From Longimicrobiaceae bacterium (GTDB lineage: Bacteria > Gemmatimonadota > Gemmatimonadetes > Longimicrobiales > Longimicrobiaceae), in assembly GCA_035696245.1 (NCBI GenBank), contig DASRQW010000273.1, positions 1 to 51,827 of the forward strand: 51,827 nt of DNA, given 5' to 3'. A program made the translations under genes and the position numbers. Below are positions 9,171-18,896 of this stretch, piece after piece; the stretch's first letter is position 1; each line of letters begins with the position of its first letter. Under the pieces are notes generated by a model. That model saw only the letters and a program-made list of their open reading frames with translations, was not told where the DNA came from and ran no database searches.

Positions 9171-9725
9171 TCACGGGTGCGCAGGGTCGAGACGGACGGT
9201 GGTGACGCCGCCGGCGCCGCGGAACCGGGCGACGCCGCGGGAGACGGCGAGCAGCTTCTGCCCCGCGAACTCCTCGCCGACGTGCATCAGCCGCGTGGCA
9301 CCGTTGATCTCCACCGCGAGCAGGACGCCGCCCGCGCCGTCCGTCGCCATGCCGTGCAGGCGGATGGCGGCCATGAGAGCCGGCGGCGGCGGGGGAGGGG
9401 GAGGCATGGAGCCGGCCGGCGGGGCGGACGCGGCGCGCAGCACCTCTCCCGGCGTGCGATAGCGCCCGGAGGCGCGCGCGCGGTCGCTGCGGAACGGATC
9501 GCGCGCCACCGACGCAAGGACGAGGCGGTCCAGCTCCTCGGCGTCGGAGCGCGCCTCCACTTCGGCGTCGGCGGACGCGGAGGCAGGCGCAGGCGCAGCG
9601 GACGGGGTGCCCGAGAGCGGTGCTGCCGTGGCGCCAGCGGCCATCACGGCCCAGGCGCAGGACATGGCGAGGACGGCGAGCGAGGCCCAGTTGTGCCACG
9701 TCCAGCCGCGGAAGCTCCCGATCAT
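9171..9725 (-). CDS. GspC/PilP-like secretin-associated inner-membrane protein (tentative)
   Basis: N-terminal TM helix (WHNWASLAVLAMSCAWAVMAAG), a Pro-rich linker (PPPPPPPP), and a C-terminal beta domain (IRLHGMATDGAGGVLLAVEINGATRLMHVGEEFAGQKLLAVSRGVARF). Its ATG overlaps the upstream stop (ATGA), and it sits directly before gspD. Confidence 0.5.
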   Translation of the reverse strand: MIGSFRGWTWHNWASLAVLAMSCAWAVMAAGATAAPLSGTPSAAPAPASASADAEVEARSDAEELDRLVLASVARDPFRSDRARASGRYRTPGEVLRAASAPPAGSMPPPPPPPPALMAAIRLHGMATDGAGGVLLAVEINGATRLMHVGEEFAGQKLLAVSRGVARFRGAGGVTTVRLDPAHP

Positions 9726-10366
9726 CGCGGGGCCTCCGCCGAGTCGGCCTGCGCCGCATCTCCCGAGTCGTCCAGCACGAACCCGGTGACCGTGAAGCGG
9801 AACGTGACGGTGACCGGGCCGGCGGCGACCGGGACCACGCCGCCGGGGCCCACGGCGGCCGGATAGCCGGAGGCGGGCGCCTCCTGCGAGCGGAGGTCCA
9901 GGTCGGTCACGTGGAAGAGCGTGGGCCCGCTCTCCAGGTCCGCGAGCAGTGTCAGGAAACCCTCGTAGTCGCTCTCGCCTTCCACGCGCAGGGGGATCGC
10001 GAGCAGGCCGCGTCCGGCCGGTCGCGGCGGGAGCGCCTCGACGCGGGTGAGCGCGGCGGGGGCGATGGTGGCGGACTCGTCCACGCGGCGGGAGAGCGCG
10101 GCCTGCGTCTCGGCCAGGGGGCCGCCCTTCATCAGGCGTGGAACGGTAGCGAGCAGCCGGGCGCCAGCGTGGTCGAACGCCCCCCGGTAGCCGCGTGCCT
10201 CCGCCAGGAGCCGGCGCTCGCGGGCGAGCAGGCCCTGCTCGCGGTCCAGCGTGGCCCGCGCGTCGGCCATCCGGTCCAGGTATGGCACGACCGCGAGGCG
10301 GAAGAGCAGCATCACCGCCAGCGCGGCGGCGCCCCAGCCGATGGCACGCCGGTCCTGCTCGCGCAT
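9722..10366 (-). CDS. gspM: GspM/PilO-like T2SS assembly-platform protein
   Basis: MREQDRRAIGWGAAALAVMLLFRLAVVPYL is a single TM helix, followed by a coiled region and a ferredoxin-like C-terminus (LAIPLRVEGESDYEGFLTLLADLESGPTLFHVTDLDL). It lies between the L-like and C-like genes. Confidence 0.55.
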   Translation of the reverse strand: MREQDRRAIGWGAAALAVMLLFRLAVVPYLDRMADARATLDREQGLLARERRLLAEARGYRGAFDHAGARLLATVPRLMKGGPLAETQAALSRRVDESATIAPAALTRVEALPPRPAGRGLLAIPLRVEGESDYEGFLTLLADLESGPTLFHVTDLDLRSQEAPASGYPAAVGPGGVVPVAAGPVTVTFRFTVTGFVLDDSGDAAQADSAEAPR

Positions 10367-10377
10367 CTCCGCCCACC

Positions 10378-11868
10378 TCACGGCCGGCCTCCGAACGCTG
10401 CGGGGGATGCGGAGCGGGACGAGGACGGGTCGCGCGTGGCAGATGCGCGGCCGGCCGGGACCGCGTATGACGGAAGCAGCGCCGGGGCCCCGAAGCGGAG
10501 CGAGAAGCGCTCGCGCTCGCCCGCGGCGGTCTCCTCGCGCTGGACCGAGGAGGCGAACCGGACGCCGCGCAGGCCGTCCGCGCGCCCGAGTGCGATCACC
10601 ACGCCCGAGGCGCTGCTCGCGGTGCCCTCCACCGCCACCTCGGCGCCGTCGGTGCGCAGCGACTGGAGGCTGGCCTGGCGCGGCAGCGCGTCGGAGAGCG
10701 TGGCGAAGAACGGCACCCAGCGCGGGCGCGCGGCCTCCAGGCTGTCCAGCGCGGCGAGCCGCTGCTGCACGGAGTCGATCTCGGCGCGGGTGCGGAGCAC
10801 GGCGGTCACGGCGGGGCGGAGGGTTGCGCGCTGCCGCTCGATCCGCGCGACCTCGTCCTCGAGGCGCTGGAGCCGCATCCACGCGCCGAACGCGCACGCG
10901 GCGGCGGAGAGACCGAGCAGCACCGCCGTCCTCCGCAGCGCAGCTCGCCGCGCGGGGAGGCGATGCGCGTCCGGCCGCAGGTCGTGCGAGCGCGCGGAGG
11001 CCAGGGTCGCGCCGAACGCCGCCATCTCCTCCGCGGTTTCGAAGCCGGGAACGCGCCGCGCATCCTCCCATCCGGCGACCGCCGCGGCCCGCGCCTCTTC
11101 ATCCGCCGTGGCGCCGGCGAGGAAGATGGAGGCCGCTCCCGCATTTGCCGATCGCGCCAGACTCGCCAGGTGGGCGGATCGCGCATCTCCCGTCCCGTAG
11201 TCCTCGTTGTTCCATGCGAGCGGGAGCGACCGGGCGAGGTGGACGCGACCATCCTCCAGCACCAGGCCGTCCGTGGAGTGGTCGTGGAAGAGGACGAGCA
11301 GGTGCCCGCCCTTCCGCAGCTCGGGCGCGAGGGCGAGCGCGGCGGCAGCCGCGGCGGCGTGGGACGGAGAGATGGAGGCGACCGTGAGCCCCGCTTCCGC
11401 CGCGGCCGCGACGATCGTCTCCACCAGCGCGGCGGAGGCGACGGAGACGAGGGCGCTGGGCTCGTCCGCGTCGGCCGTGTGGGACGGGAGAGGGGCGACG
11501 TATGCGGCGACGGGGCCGGGCGCGAGCGGGAACCAGCGGTCGGCGCCGCGCTCCACCATCAGCCGCAGCCCGGCCGGGCGCAGCGGCGGCAGGCGCAGCG
11601 CCTTGGCGAGCGCGAGGGGCCGCAGGAGCGTGACGTGGACCTCCGCGCGCGGGCCGGCGACGTCCGCGATCTCGTGGAAGGCAGCCGCGAGCGCATCTCC
11701 CCAGCCATCTGCTTCCGGCGCGGGCAGTGCCACCGACAGCCCGCGCCACGGCCGGCCGCGCGCGGCCTCGCACGCCAGCAGCCCGCCGGGGCCGATGGCG
11801 ACACCCACGCGCGTTCCCGCCCACCGTTCGCGGCCCTGCGGCCGTTCCTCCATCCCGCTCTCTGTCAT
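10378..11868 (-). CDS. gspL: GspL-like (PilM/PilN-type fusion) T2SS protein
   Basis: Cytoplasmic actin-like domain, a central TM helix (RRTAVLLGLSAAACAFGAWM), then a coiled-coil/PilN-like periplasmic part. The ATG at 11868 overlaps the gspK stop (TGATG). Confidence 0.6.
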   Translation of the reverse strand: MTESGMEERPQGRERWAGTRVGVAIGPGGLLACEAARGRPWRGLSVALPAPEADGWGDALAAAFHEIADVAGPRAEVHVTLLRPLALAKALRLPPLRPAGLRLMVERGADRWFPLAPGPVAAYVAPLPSHTADADEPSALVSVASAALVETIVAAAAEAGLTVASISPSHAAAAAAALALAPELRKGGHLLVLFHDHSTDGLVLEDGRVHLARSLPLAWNNEDYGTGDARSAHLASLARSANAGAASIFLAGATADEEARAAAVAGWEDARRVPGFETAEEMAAFGATLASARSHDLRPDAHRLPARRAALRRTAVLLGLSAAACAFGAWMRLQRLEDEVARIERQRATLRPAVTAVLRTRAEIDSVQQRLAALDSLEAARPRWVPFFATLSDALPRQASLQSLRTDGAEVAVEGTASSASGVVIALGRADGLRGVRFASSVQREETAAGERERFSLRFGAPALLPSYAVPAGRASATRDPSSSRSASPAAFGGRP

Positions 11869-12851
11869 CACTCCTCGAAGATCCTCACGACCTGCACCTC
11901 CATGCCCGAGCGGGCGACCCGCGCGCGGACGGTCCGCGTGAACGGCAGGCCGCTCACCGCGCCCGTGGACACCACCTCCAGCAGGTTCGAGTCGAACGCC
12001 GCGCGCGACGAGAACTCCGCCATGGCAGCCTGGAGCGTCGTGCGCGAGCGGACGGAAAGCTGCGACTGGAGCTCGAAGACGTCGCGCACCGGCCGGCCAC
12101 CCGCGCGCCGGCCCAGCAGCAGCGCGATGCTCTCGCCGTCCAGCCCCGGAAGGCTGCGCAGCACGGGCTCCGGCGCGGTGTTCACGTTCACGCGCACCGA
12201 GGCCGCGACCGTCAGGTACGGCGCGGCGCGGGCGAACAGGCGCTCCATTCCGCGCACCTGCCGCAGCTCGGCGACGGACTGGAACGGCGCGTTGCGGGGA
12301 TGCACGGGCACGGGCTGATGCCGGTACCAGTCGTCCCACTCGGCCCCTTGCCCGCGGTGCAGCTCGTCCGCGTCGCGCCAGTCGAGCACCGACTGCGCGG
12401 CCACGTCTGCTTCGCGGAAGCCCGCGCCGAGCGCCAGGAAGAGGCGGCGGAGGTCGTCGTCCCCCGCGTCGTTCACCGAGAGGCGCGAGGCGACGTCCTC
12501 CACCGCCACGCCGTAACGGACGCCGGGCGCGAGCGGCACGCTGGCCAGGTCCGCACGAAGCCCTTCGTCCGCCAGCATCATGGTCGCCACGCCGTCGCCG
12601 GCACGGGCCGCGGGCTGGCGGCCAATCATCGCGTCCAGGCGCGAGATGGCGTGCTGCACGCCCGCGGCGGCGGCGGCGCGGGCGCGGACGTCGCCCGCGG
12701 CGTTGGCGGCCTGGCGGTACTCGGTGCGTGCCCGGAGCGCGCGGTCGAGAAGGAAGGCGGTGACCAGCACCACCATCAGCGCCACGAGCAGCAGGGCGAA
12801 GCCGTCTTCCCCCAGCGTGACGGCAGGGCTGGGAGATGCGCGGCGCTCCAC
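11868..12851 (-). CDS. gspK: T2SS minor pseudopilin GspK
   Basis: A GTG start 1 nt after the upstream stop gives VERRASPSPAVTLGEDGFALLLVALMVVLVTAFLL. GspK hallmarks are present: ASRLSVNDAGDDDLRRLF and VNVNTAPEPVLRSLPGLD. Length 327 aa. Confidence 0.75.
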   Translation of the reverse strand: MERRASPSPAVTLGEDGFALLLVALMVVLVTAFLLDRALRARTEYRQAANAAGDVRARAAAAAGVQHAISRLDAMIGRQPAARAGDGVATMMLADEGLRADLASVPLAPGVRYGVAVEDVASRLSVNDAGDDDLRRLFLALGAGFREADVAAQSVLDWRDADELHRGQGAEWDDWYRHQPVPVHPRNAPFQSVAELRQVRGMERLFARAAPYLTVAASVRVNVNTAPEPVLRSLPGLDGESIALLLGRRAGGRPVRDVFELQSQLSVRSRTTLQAAMAEFSSRAAFDSNLLEVVSTGAVSGLPFTRTVRARVARSGMEVQVVRIFEE

Positions 12852-12852
12852 G

Positions 12853-13587
12853 TCAGGAGCCCGAGAGCACGACGACCACCGGCTCCTGCAGGAGAGGCGG
12901 GACGCCAGCGCCACGGATGCGGAGCTCCACCGCGTCCGGGACGCCGGCGGCGGAGAGGAAGCTGGTGACCCACCGCACGTCCCCGCCCGCGCTGATGCGG
13001 TAGCGGACGTCCAGCCCTTCCGCGGCGGGCTCCAGCACCTCCACCCGCTGCGCCGCGCCGGGAGATGCGGAGCGGTCGCCGGCCTCCGGCGACGTGGGCG
13101 CTCCCTCATCTACCGAGGCGACCAGCCCGGCGCCGGGCTCCACCCGCAGGTCCACCGTGGCGGGCGCGCCGCGCGGCCACGCCGACGTCGTGGTGTGGAA
13201 GCGCAGCCTGTCCGAGCCCCGCTGCCCCTCTCCGCGGCTGCCCTCGAAGCTCATCCCCATGGTGAGCGGCTCCACGTACGCGCCCCGCAGCCAGCCCGCG
13301 ATCTCGCGCCGCACGGCGGCGGCGTGGGCGGCCTGCTCCCGGCGGGCGGCGGCGCGAGCCTCCATTGCGCCCAGCTCGCCCAGCCCGCGGTGCAGGAGAA
13401 GCGCGACGATGCCAGCCAGCGTCAGCGACACGAGCACCTCCATCAGCGTGAACCCGCCGCGGCCCCGGACGACACCGGTTGACGAGGGAAACGCAGCGCA
13501 GTCCAAGCGGACGCCGGCACGCGAATCGGCAGACGGAATCCACCGTCTCGCCAACCACGCATCGCCTTGCGGGGCCATCGGTCGCAT
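12853..13587 (-). CDS. gspJ: T2SS minor pseudopilin, GspJ-like
   Basis: Prepilin-type N-terminus GFTLMEVLVSLTLAGIVALLL. The only in-frame start codons (ATG 13587 or 13578) leave an unusually long ~45-aa pre-sequence, so the start is uncertain. Confidence 0.6.
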   Translation of the reverse strand: MRPMAPQGDAWLARRWIPSADSRAGVRLDCAAFPSSTGVVRGRGGFTLMEVLVSLTLAGIVALLLHRGLGELGAMEARAAARREQAAHAAAVRREIAGWLRGAYVEPLTMGMSFEGSRGEGQRGSDRLRFHTTTSAWPRGAPATVDLRVEPGAGLVASVDEGAPTSPEAGDRSASPGAAQRVEVLEPAAEGLDVRYRISAGGDVRWVTSFLSAAGVPDAVELRIRGAGVPPLLQEPVVVVLSGS

Positions 13588-13589
13588 CG

Positions 13590-13988
13590 TCACGGGCCGA
13601 TGCGGAGCGGGATGGTGCGCCGCGGGACGACGCGCGTGTCGGCGGCCACGCTTCCATCGCGCCACAGAACCTGAACGTGGACGTCGAACAGGTCCTCCTC
13701 GCCGGGGACCGGACGCGCGGCGATGCGCCACGAGTAACGGTCCAGCGGAGCGTCGAAATGCCCGTCCGCCGTGTCGGCCCAGAGCGCGAACTGCTCGGGC
13801 GGCGCCAGGTCCGTGCGCGCTATGAGCTCGTCGGCGAGCGAGGACGCTTCCTGGACCGAGGCGGCGCGGCGGCTGGCGCGGACGTCCGCCGCGGCCACGC
13901 CCAGCGCGGCGGCCACGAGCATCCCGGCGAGCGCGAGCGCCACCACGGCCTCGATGAGCGTGAAGCCCCGGCGGTCAGCGGCGCGCAA
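13590..13988 (-). CDS. gspI: T2SS minor pseudopilin, GspI-like
   Basis: A TTG at 13988 gives M-RAADRRGFTLIEAVVALALAGMLVAA, a short basic leader followed by the G-F-T-L-I-E prepilin motif; 132 aa. Alternative ATG at 14039. Confidence 0.6.
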   Translation of the reverse strand: MRAADRRGFTLIEAVVALALAGMLVAAALGVAAADVRASRRAASVQEASSLADELIARTDLAPPEQFALWADTADGHFDAPLDRYSWRIAARPVPGEEDLFDVHVQVLWRDGSVAADTRVVPRRTIPLRIGP

Positions 13989-14538
13989 CGTCCACCCTCC
14001 CCGTCCAGGCGTCCACGCGGATCTCGCCCGCCCGCCCATCTCCCGATTCCCACGCCAGCACCGCGGGCGCCGCACCGCCCAGCGGGTCGAAGCGCGCAAC
14101 GAGCACCGCCCGGCCGTCGGCCGAACGGAACCGCGCGGCAGACCAGTCCGCGACCGCACCCTCCATCAGCAGCGAGTCGTCCGCCTCGGCCGTGCGGCGC
14201 GTCGTCTCACTGAAGCGGCCAGTCTCCAGATCGATCCTCAGCGCGACTTCCGACCCGCTCTGCGTCGCTTTGCCGCGCGCCTGGCCGAGCAGGCGCACGA
14301 CGTCGTCCACTGCCCGGTCGGCGCCCGACTTCGGCCGCGGCAGCGCGGGCACGGCGACGGCGAGCGCGATACCCATCACCACGAGCACGACGGCCAGCTC
14401 GATGAGCGTGAAGCCAGGCGGGCGATGCGGGGCATCCGTTGACCACGCTGCCGACGCCCTGGCGAGAGGCCGTGCATCTCCCGAACGAGGTAAACCCGAG
14501 AGGATCGGCTGATGCGTGGCCCGCACGTCAGAAGCCAT
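13975..14538 (-). CDS. gspH: T2SS minor pseudopilin, GspH-like
   Basis: Prepilin motif PGFTLIELAVVLVVMGIALAV. The only in-frame start is ATG 14538, which overlaps the gspF stop by 11 nt and gives a long 41-aa leader. Confidence 0.6.
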   Translation of the reverse strand: MASDVRATHQPILSGLPRSGDARPLARASAAWSTDAPHRPPGFTLIELAVVLVVMGIALAVAVPALPRPKSGADRAVDDVVRLLGQARGKATQSGSEVALRIDLETGRFSETTRRTAEADDSLLMEGAVADWSAARFRSADGRAVLVARFDPLGGAAPAVLAWESGDGRAGEIRVDAWTGRVDVARR

Positions 14539-15733
14539 CTGCGTGGATGCCGTAGATGGCCTGCAGGAGCGAGAGCGCGACGCCGCCCACGAGCAGGCCG
14601 AAGAGCAGGATCAGCGCGGGCTCCAGCAGGGCGACGAACCGACCCAGCCGGCGCTCCAGCTCCGCCTCCATCTGCGTGGCGGCGCGGAGGAGCAGCGAGT
14701 CCAGCTCGCCCGTCTCCTCGCCCACCTGCACGAGGCGGGTGAAGACGTGGGGAAAGCCCCGCCCCCGCGCCATCGCGGCCGAGAGCGGCTCGCCGCGGCG
14801 CACGGCGGACTGGGCGGCGCGGAGGTCGGCGGCCACGGCCTCGTCCCGCGTGGAGCTCACGGCCACGTCGAGGGCCTGGAGCAGCGGGACGCCGCCCGCG
14901 GTGAGCGTGCCGAGCGTCCGCGCCACCTGGGCGGACGCGTACCGGGCCCGCAGCGCGCCCACGAGCGGCAGGCGCAGCAGCCACGCGTCCGACCTCTCCC
15001 GCCAGGCACCCGGCCGCCGCACCGTGCGCCACGCCGCCACGCACGCCACGATCGACGTGACGAGCACGGGCCAGAAGCGCGTGAACAGCCGTGACGCGCC
15101 GATCAGGATCGCCGTCGACGCGGGCAGGTCCGCGCCCGCATCCGCCAGCAGGTCCACGAACTTGGGCAGCACGTACGCGAGCAGCACCACGACGGCGACG
15201 GTGCCGACGCTCGCGAGCAGCAACGGGTAGGTAAGCGCGGAGACGACGCGGGAGCGCAGGGCGCCCTCGCGCTCCATCTGCTCGGCCAGGCGCGCCATCG
15301 CCTCGGCCAGGTGGCCGCCGCGCTCGGCCGCGCCCAGCAGCCCCGCCGCGACCTCGGGAAAGAGCGTGCCCTGCGCCGCCACTGCTTCCGCGATCCGGCC
15401 GCCGCCGCGCACCGCGCGCCGCACCTCGTCCAGTGCCTTCACCACGTCCGGCCGCCCGGCGCCGCGCGCGGCGACATCCAGGGCGCGCTCCAGCGGCAGG
15501 CCGGCGTCCAGCAGCGCGGCCAGCGTGGCGACCGCCTCCGTCACGTCGGCCCGGCGCGAGACCCAGCCGCCGCCACGCTCCCGGGCCTGGCCGCTCGCGG
15601 CGGGCTGCACCTTCAGCGAGTACAGGCCGCGCCGCGAGAGCGAGCGCTCCAGCGCGCCCTCGCTGGCAGCGTCCTCGGTCCCGCGCACCGTCTGCCCGGT
15701 GCGCGTGGCCGCCTCGTAGCTGAAGGTGGGCAC
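14528..15733 (-). CDS. gspF: T2SS inner-membrane platform protein GspF
   Basis: 401 aa with two GspF/PilC repeats (...LLDAGLPLERALDVAA..., ...LTAGGVPLLQALDVAV...) and three TM segments. The C-terminus ...LLQAIYGIHADGF is typical. Confidence 0.9.
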   Translation of the reverse strand: MPTFSYEAATRTGQTVRGTEDAASEGALERSLSRRGLYSLKVQPAASGQARERGGGWVSRRADVTEAVATLAALLDAGLPLERALDVAARGAGRPDVVKALDEVRRAVRGGGRIAEAVAAQGTLFPEVAAGLLGAAERGGHLAEAMARLAEQMEREGALRSRVVSALTYPLLLASVGTVAVVVLLAYVLPKFVDLLADAGADLPASTAILIGASRLFTRFWPVLVTSIVACVAAWRTVRRPGAWRERSDAWLLRLPLVGALRARYASAQVARTLGTLTAGGVPLLQALDVAVSSTRDEAVAADLRAAQSAVRRGEPLSAAMARGRGFPHVFTRLVQVGEETGELDSLLLRAATQMEAELERRLGRFVALLEPALILLFGLLVGGVALSLLQAIYGIHADGF

Positions 15734-15734
15734 C

Positions 15735-16169
15735 TTACTTCCAGCTCTGCACGTCGGCGTCCTCGCCCTCGCCGCCGGGCCGCCCGTCGCGGCCCAGGCT
15801 CACCACCTCGTATCCCCCATCGCTCTCCGTCCCCGGGCTGCGATACACGTACGGGTTGCCCCAGGGGTCGTTCGGCACGTCCTTGCGCAGGTACGGGCCG
15901 CGCCAGTCGCGCGGGCGCGGCTCGCCCGTGGGCGCGGTGCGCAGGGCGGCCAGCCCCTGCTCGGTGGTGGGATAGACGTCGTTGTCCAGCCGGTACGCGT
16001 CGAGCGCGGCGCCCAGCATCTCCACCTGCGACTTGGCCGTCGTCACCTTCGAGGCGCCGACGTGCCGGAACACGTTGGGCGCCACGAGCGCGGCCAGGGC
16101 GCCCAGGATGATGATGACCACCATGATCTCGATGAGCGTGAAGCCCGCCCGGCGGTTTCGCTGTTCCAT
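15735..16169 (-). CDS. gspG: T2SS major pseudopilin GspG
   Basis: MEQRNRRAGFTLIEIMVVIIILGALAALVAPNVFRHVGASKVTTAKSQVEMLGAALDAYRLDNDVYPTTEQGL...DPWGNPYVY is the canonical GspG sequence; 144 aa. Confidence 0.9.
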   Translation of the reverse strand: MEQRNRRAGFTLIEIMVVIIILGALAALVAPNVFRHVGASKVTTAKSQVEMLGAALDAYRLDNDVYPTTEQGLAALRTAPTGEPRPRDWRGPYLRKDVPNDPWGNPYVYRSPGTESDGGYEVVSLGRDGRPGGEGEDADVQSWK

Positions 16170-16200
16170 GACGCGTGCTGGATGATGAGGGGAGATGCGG

Positions 16201-17634
16201 TCACGCCTGCGCGACCCGCAGCACTTCTTCGGGGGTGGTGACGCCGGCGGCCACCTGCCGCCAGCCGTCGTCGCGCAGCGGCCGCATGCCGCCTTCCACG
16301 GCGGCGCGGCGGATAGACCCCGCGCCCTGGCGGCGCAGCAGCTCGGAGCGCACCGCATCGTCCACGCGAAGCAGCTCGTAGATGCCCGTGCGGCCGCGGT
16401 AGCCGGAGCCGCGGCAGAGCGCGCAGCCCCGCCCGCGGCGGATGCGCGACGCGGGGAAGCCGGCCGCCGCCATCTCCGCCGCGGCCCAGGCGGGCGGCGC
16501 CACCTCTTCCGCGCACTCCGGGCAGACGGTGCGCACCAGGCGCTGGGCGAGCACCCCATCCACCGTGCTGGCCACCAGGTACGGCTCCACGCTCAGGTCC
16601 ACGAGGCGGATCAGCGCGCCAGGGGCGTCGTTGGTGTGCAGGGTGGAGAGGACGAGGTGGCCGGTGAGCGCGGCCTGCACGCAGATCTCCGCCGTCTCGG
16701 CGTCGCGCATCTCGCCCACCAGGATCACGTCCGGGTCCTGGCGCAGGATGGACCGCAGCGCGACGGCGAACGTCACGCCCGCCTTGCGGTTCACGGGCAC
16801 CTGGGCGACGCCGGCCAGCGCGTACTCGACCGGGTCCTCCACCGTGACCACCTTCTCGCGGCCCGTGCGGATCATCTCCAGCGCGGCGTACAGCGTGGTC
16901 GTCTTCCCGCTGCCCGTGGGCCCCGTGGCGAGGATGACCCCGTGCGGGCGCGCCAGCAGCTCGTCGAACTGCTTTCGCGTCGCCGCGTCCATCCCCAGGT
17001 GGGAGAGGTCGTGCTGGCGTCCGCCCTCGTTCTCCAGCAGGCGCAGCACCATGCTCTCGCCGTGCAGCGTGGGCAGCGTGCTGAGGCGCACGTCCACCGC
17101 GCGGCCCTCCACACGGAGGCGGACGCGGCCGTCCTGCGGACGTCTCCGCTCCGCCACGTCCATCTCACCCATCACCTTGAGCCGGCCGATCACGGCGGAC
17201 GCCAGCGCCGGGGGCGGCGACGGCGCGGCGACCAGCACGCCGTCCACGCGGTAGCGGACCTCCAGCCCGCCGCGGCCCGTCTCCAGGTGCACGTCGCTGG
17301 CGCGCGCCTCCAGCGCCTCGCGCAGGATCAGGTTGACCAGGCGGATGACCGGTGCCTCCTGGATCCGCGCCGCCAAGTCTCCCTCCCCGGCATCGTCTCC
17401 CGCGCCGTCGCCCGGCTCGCCGAGCGAGGCGATCAGGTCCGCGGCCGTCTCGTCCGCGCCTTGCTCCAGCCGGGCGAGCGCGTTCGCCAGCTCCTCCGCC
17501 GGGATGCGCTCCACCGTGGGCTCGGCACCAAACGCCCAGCGCAGGTCGTCCATCACCTGCGGGTCCGGCTCCCCCGCCGCCAGCACGCGCACGCACCCCG
17601 CCTCGACGATGGGGATGACGCCCCACTCGACCAT
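16201..17634 (-). CDS. gspE: T2SS ATPase GspE
   Basis: Walker A GPTGSGKTTTLYA, Asp box, Walker B DPDVILVGEMRD, His box LTGHLVLSTLHTN, and a tetracysteine motif CPEC...CALCRGSGYRGRTGIYE. The start was chosen at MVEWGVIPIV; upstream ORF sequence is junk. Confidence 0.9.
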   Translation of the reverse strand: MVEWGVIPIVEAGCVRVLAAGEPDPQVMDDLRWAFGAEPTVERIPAEELANALARLEQGADETAADLIASLGEPGDGAGDDAGEGDLAARIQEAPVIRLVNLILREALEARASDVHLETGRGGLEVRYRVDGVLVAAPSPPPALASAVIGRLKVMGEMDVAERRRPQDGRVRLRVEGRAVDVRLSTLPTLHGESMVLRLLENEGGRQHDLSHLGMDAATRKQFDELLARPHGVILATGPTGSGKTTTLYAALEMIRTGREKVVTVEDPVEYALAGVAQVPVNRKAGVTFAVALRSILRQDPDVILVGEMRDAETAEICVQAALTGHLVLSTLHTNDAPGALIRLVDLSVEPYLVASTVDGVLAQRLVRTVCPECAEEVAPPAWAAAEMAAAGFPASRIRRGRGCALCRGSGYRGRTGIYELLRVDDAVRSELLRRQGAGSIRRAAVEGGMRPLRDDGWRQVAAGVTTPEEVLRVAQA

Positions 17635-18040
17635 GTAGGCAGTGGGCAGGGGAGGGTGCGACGATGCGGACGACACGAAGGTTCGGGAGGCGAGGAGATG
17701 GGGACGCCAGTCCGGCGCGCTGCCAGACGGACGCTGCGAAGTGGACGGCGGTCGCACGGGGAGACCTTCCGCCTGCGGCTCGCACGGCGTGAGGAAAGAC
17801 CGCCAAAGGTATCCAAAGCCGCCGCGGGTGGCAATCGCCGCCCACGCCCACGGCCGCGGTGCTACGCCATGGTACCGCAGCGTGTTAGCACCGCGTGAAC
17901 GGCCTTGCCCACCCCACCCGCGCGAGGACGGCGCCTGCGCGCCGCGGGCTCCCGGAAAACGCGTGGCGCGGGTATTTTCCGACCGACGCCACCGCATTCC
18001 TGCCGGCGGGCTGCTCCCCCCGATCACTGGTCCCACGCGC

Positions 18041-18598
18041 ATGAGAAGAATCCTGGCCGCCCTGCTCCCCCTCGTCCTCTCCGCCTGCGTGCCTCGATAC
18101 CGCGTGGCGGAGTGGCGCGACGACTTCGAGCAGACGGAGACCCGGCAGATGCGCGCCAACGTCCTGGCGGGCGAAGGCACCGGTCACGACTGGCTGGCGC
18201 TGGATGCCGAGTCCTCCCGGACCCGCGGCGACACGGCGCGATACGCGCTGGTGGTCGACTACCGCACCAGCGGCCACCCGCTTCGCGTGCCGGCCGGGGA
18301 GACGCTCGTGTTGCTGGTGGACAGCCAGCGCGTGGCCCTCCGCGGCGCCGGAAGCTCCGGGCACCGCGCCCGGTCGGGCGTGCGCGGCGACCGCGAGCAG
18401 GCGCGGTACCCCGTGTTCCGCACCCTCCTGGAGCGCATCGCCGCCGCGCGGATCGTGCGGGTGCGGCTCGCGGGCCAGCGCTACTACGTCGAGCGTTCCT
18501 TCTCCACTCTCAACCTGCGCCACCTGCGCGAGTTCCTTGCGCCGCCGGCGCCCAAGCCGCCGCGCACCCCCACGCAGGCGACCACCCCGCAGGCGTGA
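18041..18598 (+). CDS. Lipoprotein of unknown function
   Basis: MRRILAALLPLVLSAC carries a lipobox (LSAC). 185 aa with a Pro-rich tail. Divergent from gspE. Confidence 0.7.
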   Translation: MRRILAALLPLVLSACVPRYRVAEWRDDFEQTETRQMRANVLAGEGTGHDWLALDAESSRTRGDTARYALVVDYRTSGHPLRVPAGETLVLLVDSQRVALRGAGSSGHRARSGVRGDREQARYPVFRTLLERIAAARIVRVRLAGQRYYVERSFSTLNLRHLREFLAPPAPKPPRTPTQATTPQA

Positions 18599-18662
18599 AG
18601 GCGTGCCCCCCGGGGAGCCGGGTCAAGTAGGATTAGAGTCCACCGAAACCATTACGGTGAGG

Positions 18663-18703
18663 GGCCCTGCATCGACTCACGGTGCAGGGCCTTCGTCGTT
18701 TTT
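18663..18703 (+). terminator. Intrinsic terminator after the lipoprotein gene
   Basis: GGCCCTGCA (18663-71) / TGCAGGGCC (18683-91) form a stem, followed by TTCGTCGTTTTT. Confidence 0.6.
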
Positions 18704-18896
18704 GCTTCGGATCGATACACCGCGTGCTACATCGTCTCTCTACAGTCCGGCTCTTGGTGCAACCTGCACACAGTGCCGACCCTCTTCAGTAACTCGCGCA
18801 CAGTCGATCTTCGGGGCACCATACTGCGTCGCCCGAGGACGACATTCAAACGCGCCGGGAATGCCATCACTCGGCAAGGGTTTGCAGTGGTGACGC

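Noticed and set aside
7385-11387. Plus-strand ORFs antisense to the T2SS genes (7385..8389, 7426..9462, 9620..11200, 10251..11387 and others)
   Set aside because: The minus-strand frames encode recognisable GspD, GspM and GspL-type proteins. The plus-strand translations are low-complexity Arg/Pro/Ala strings.
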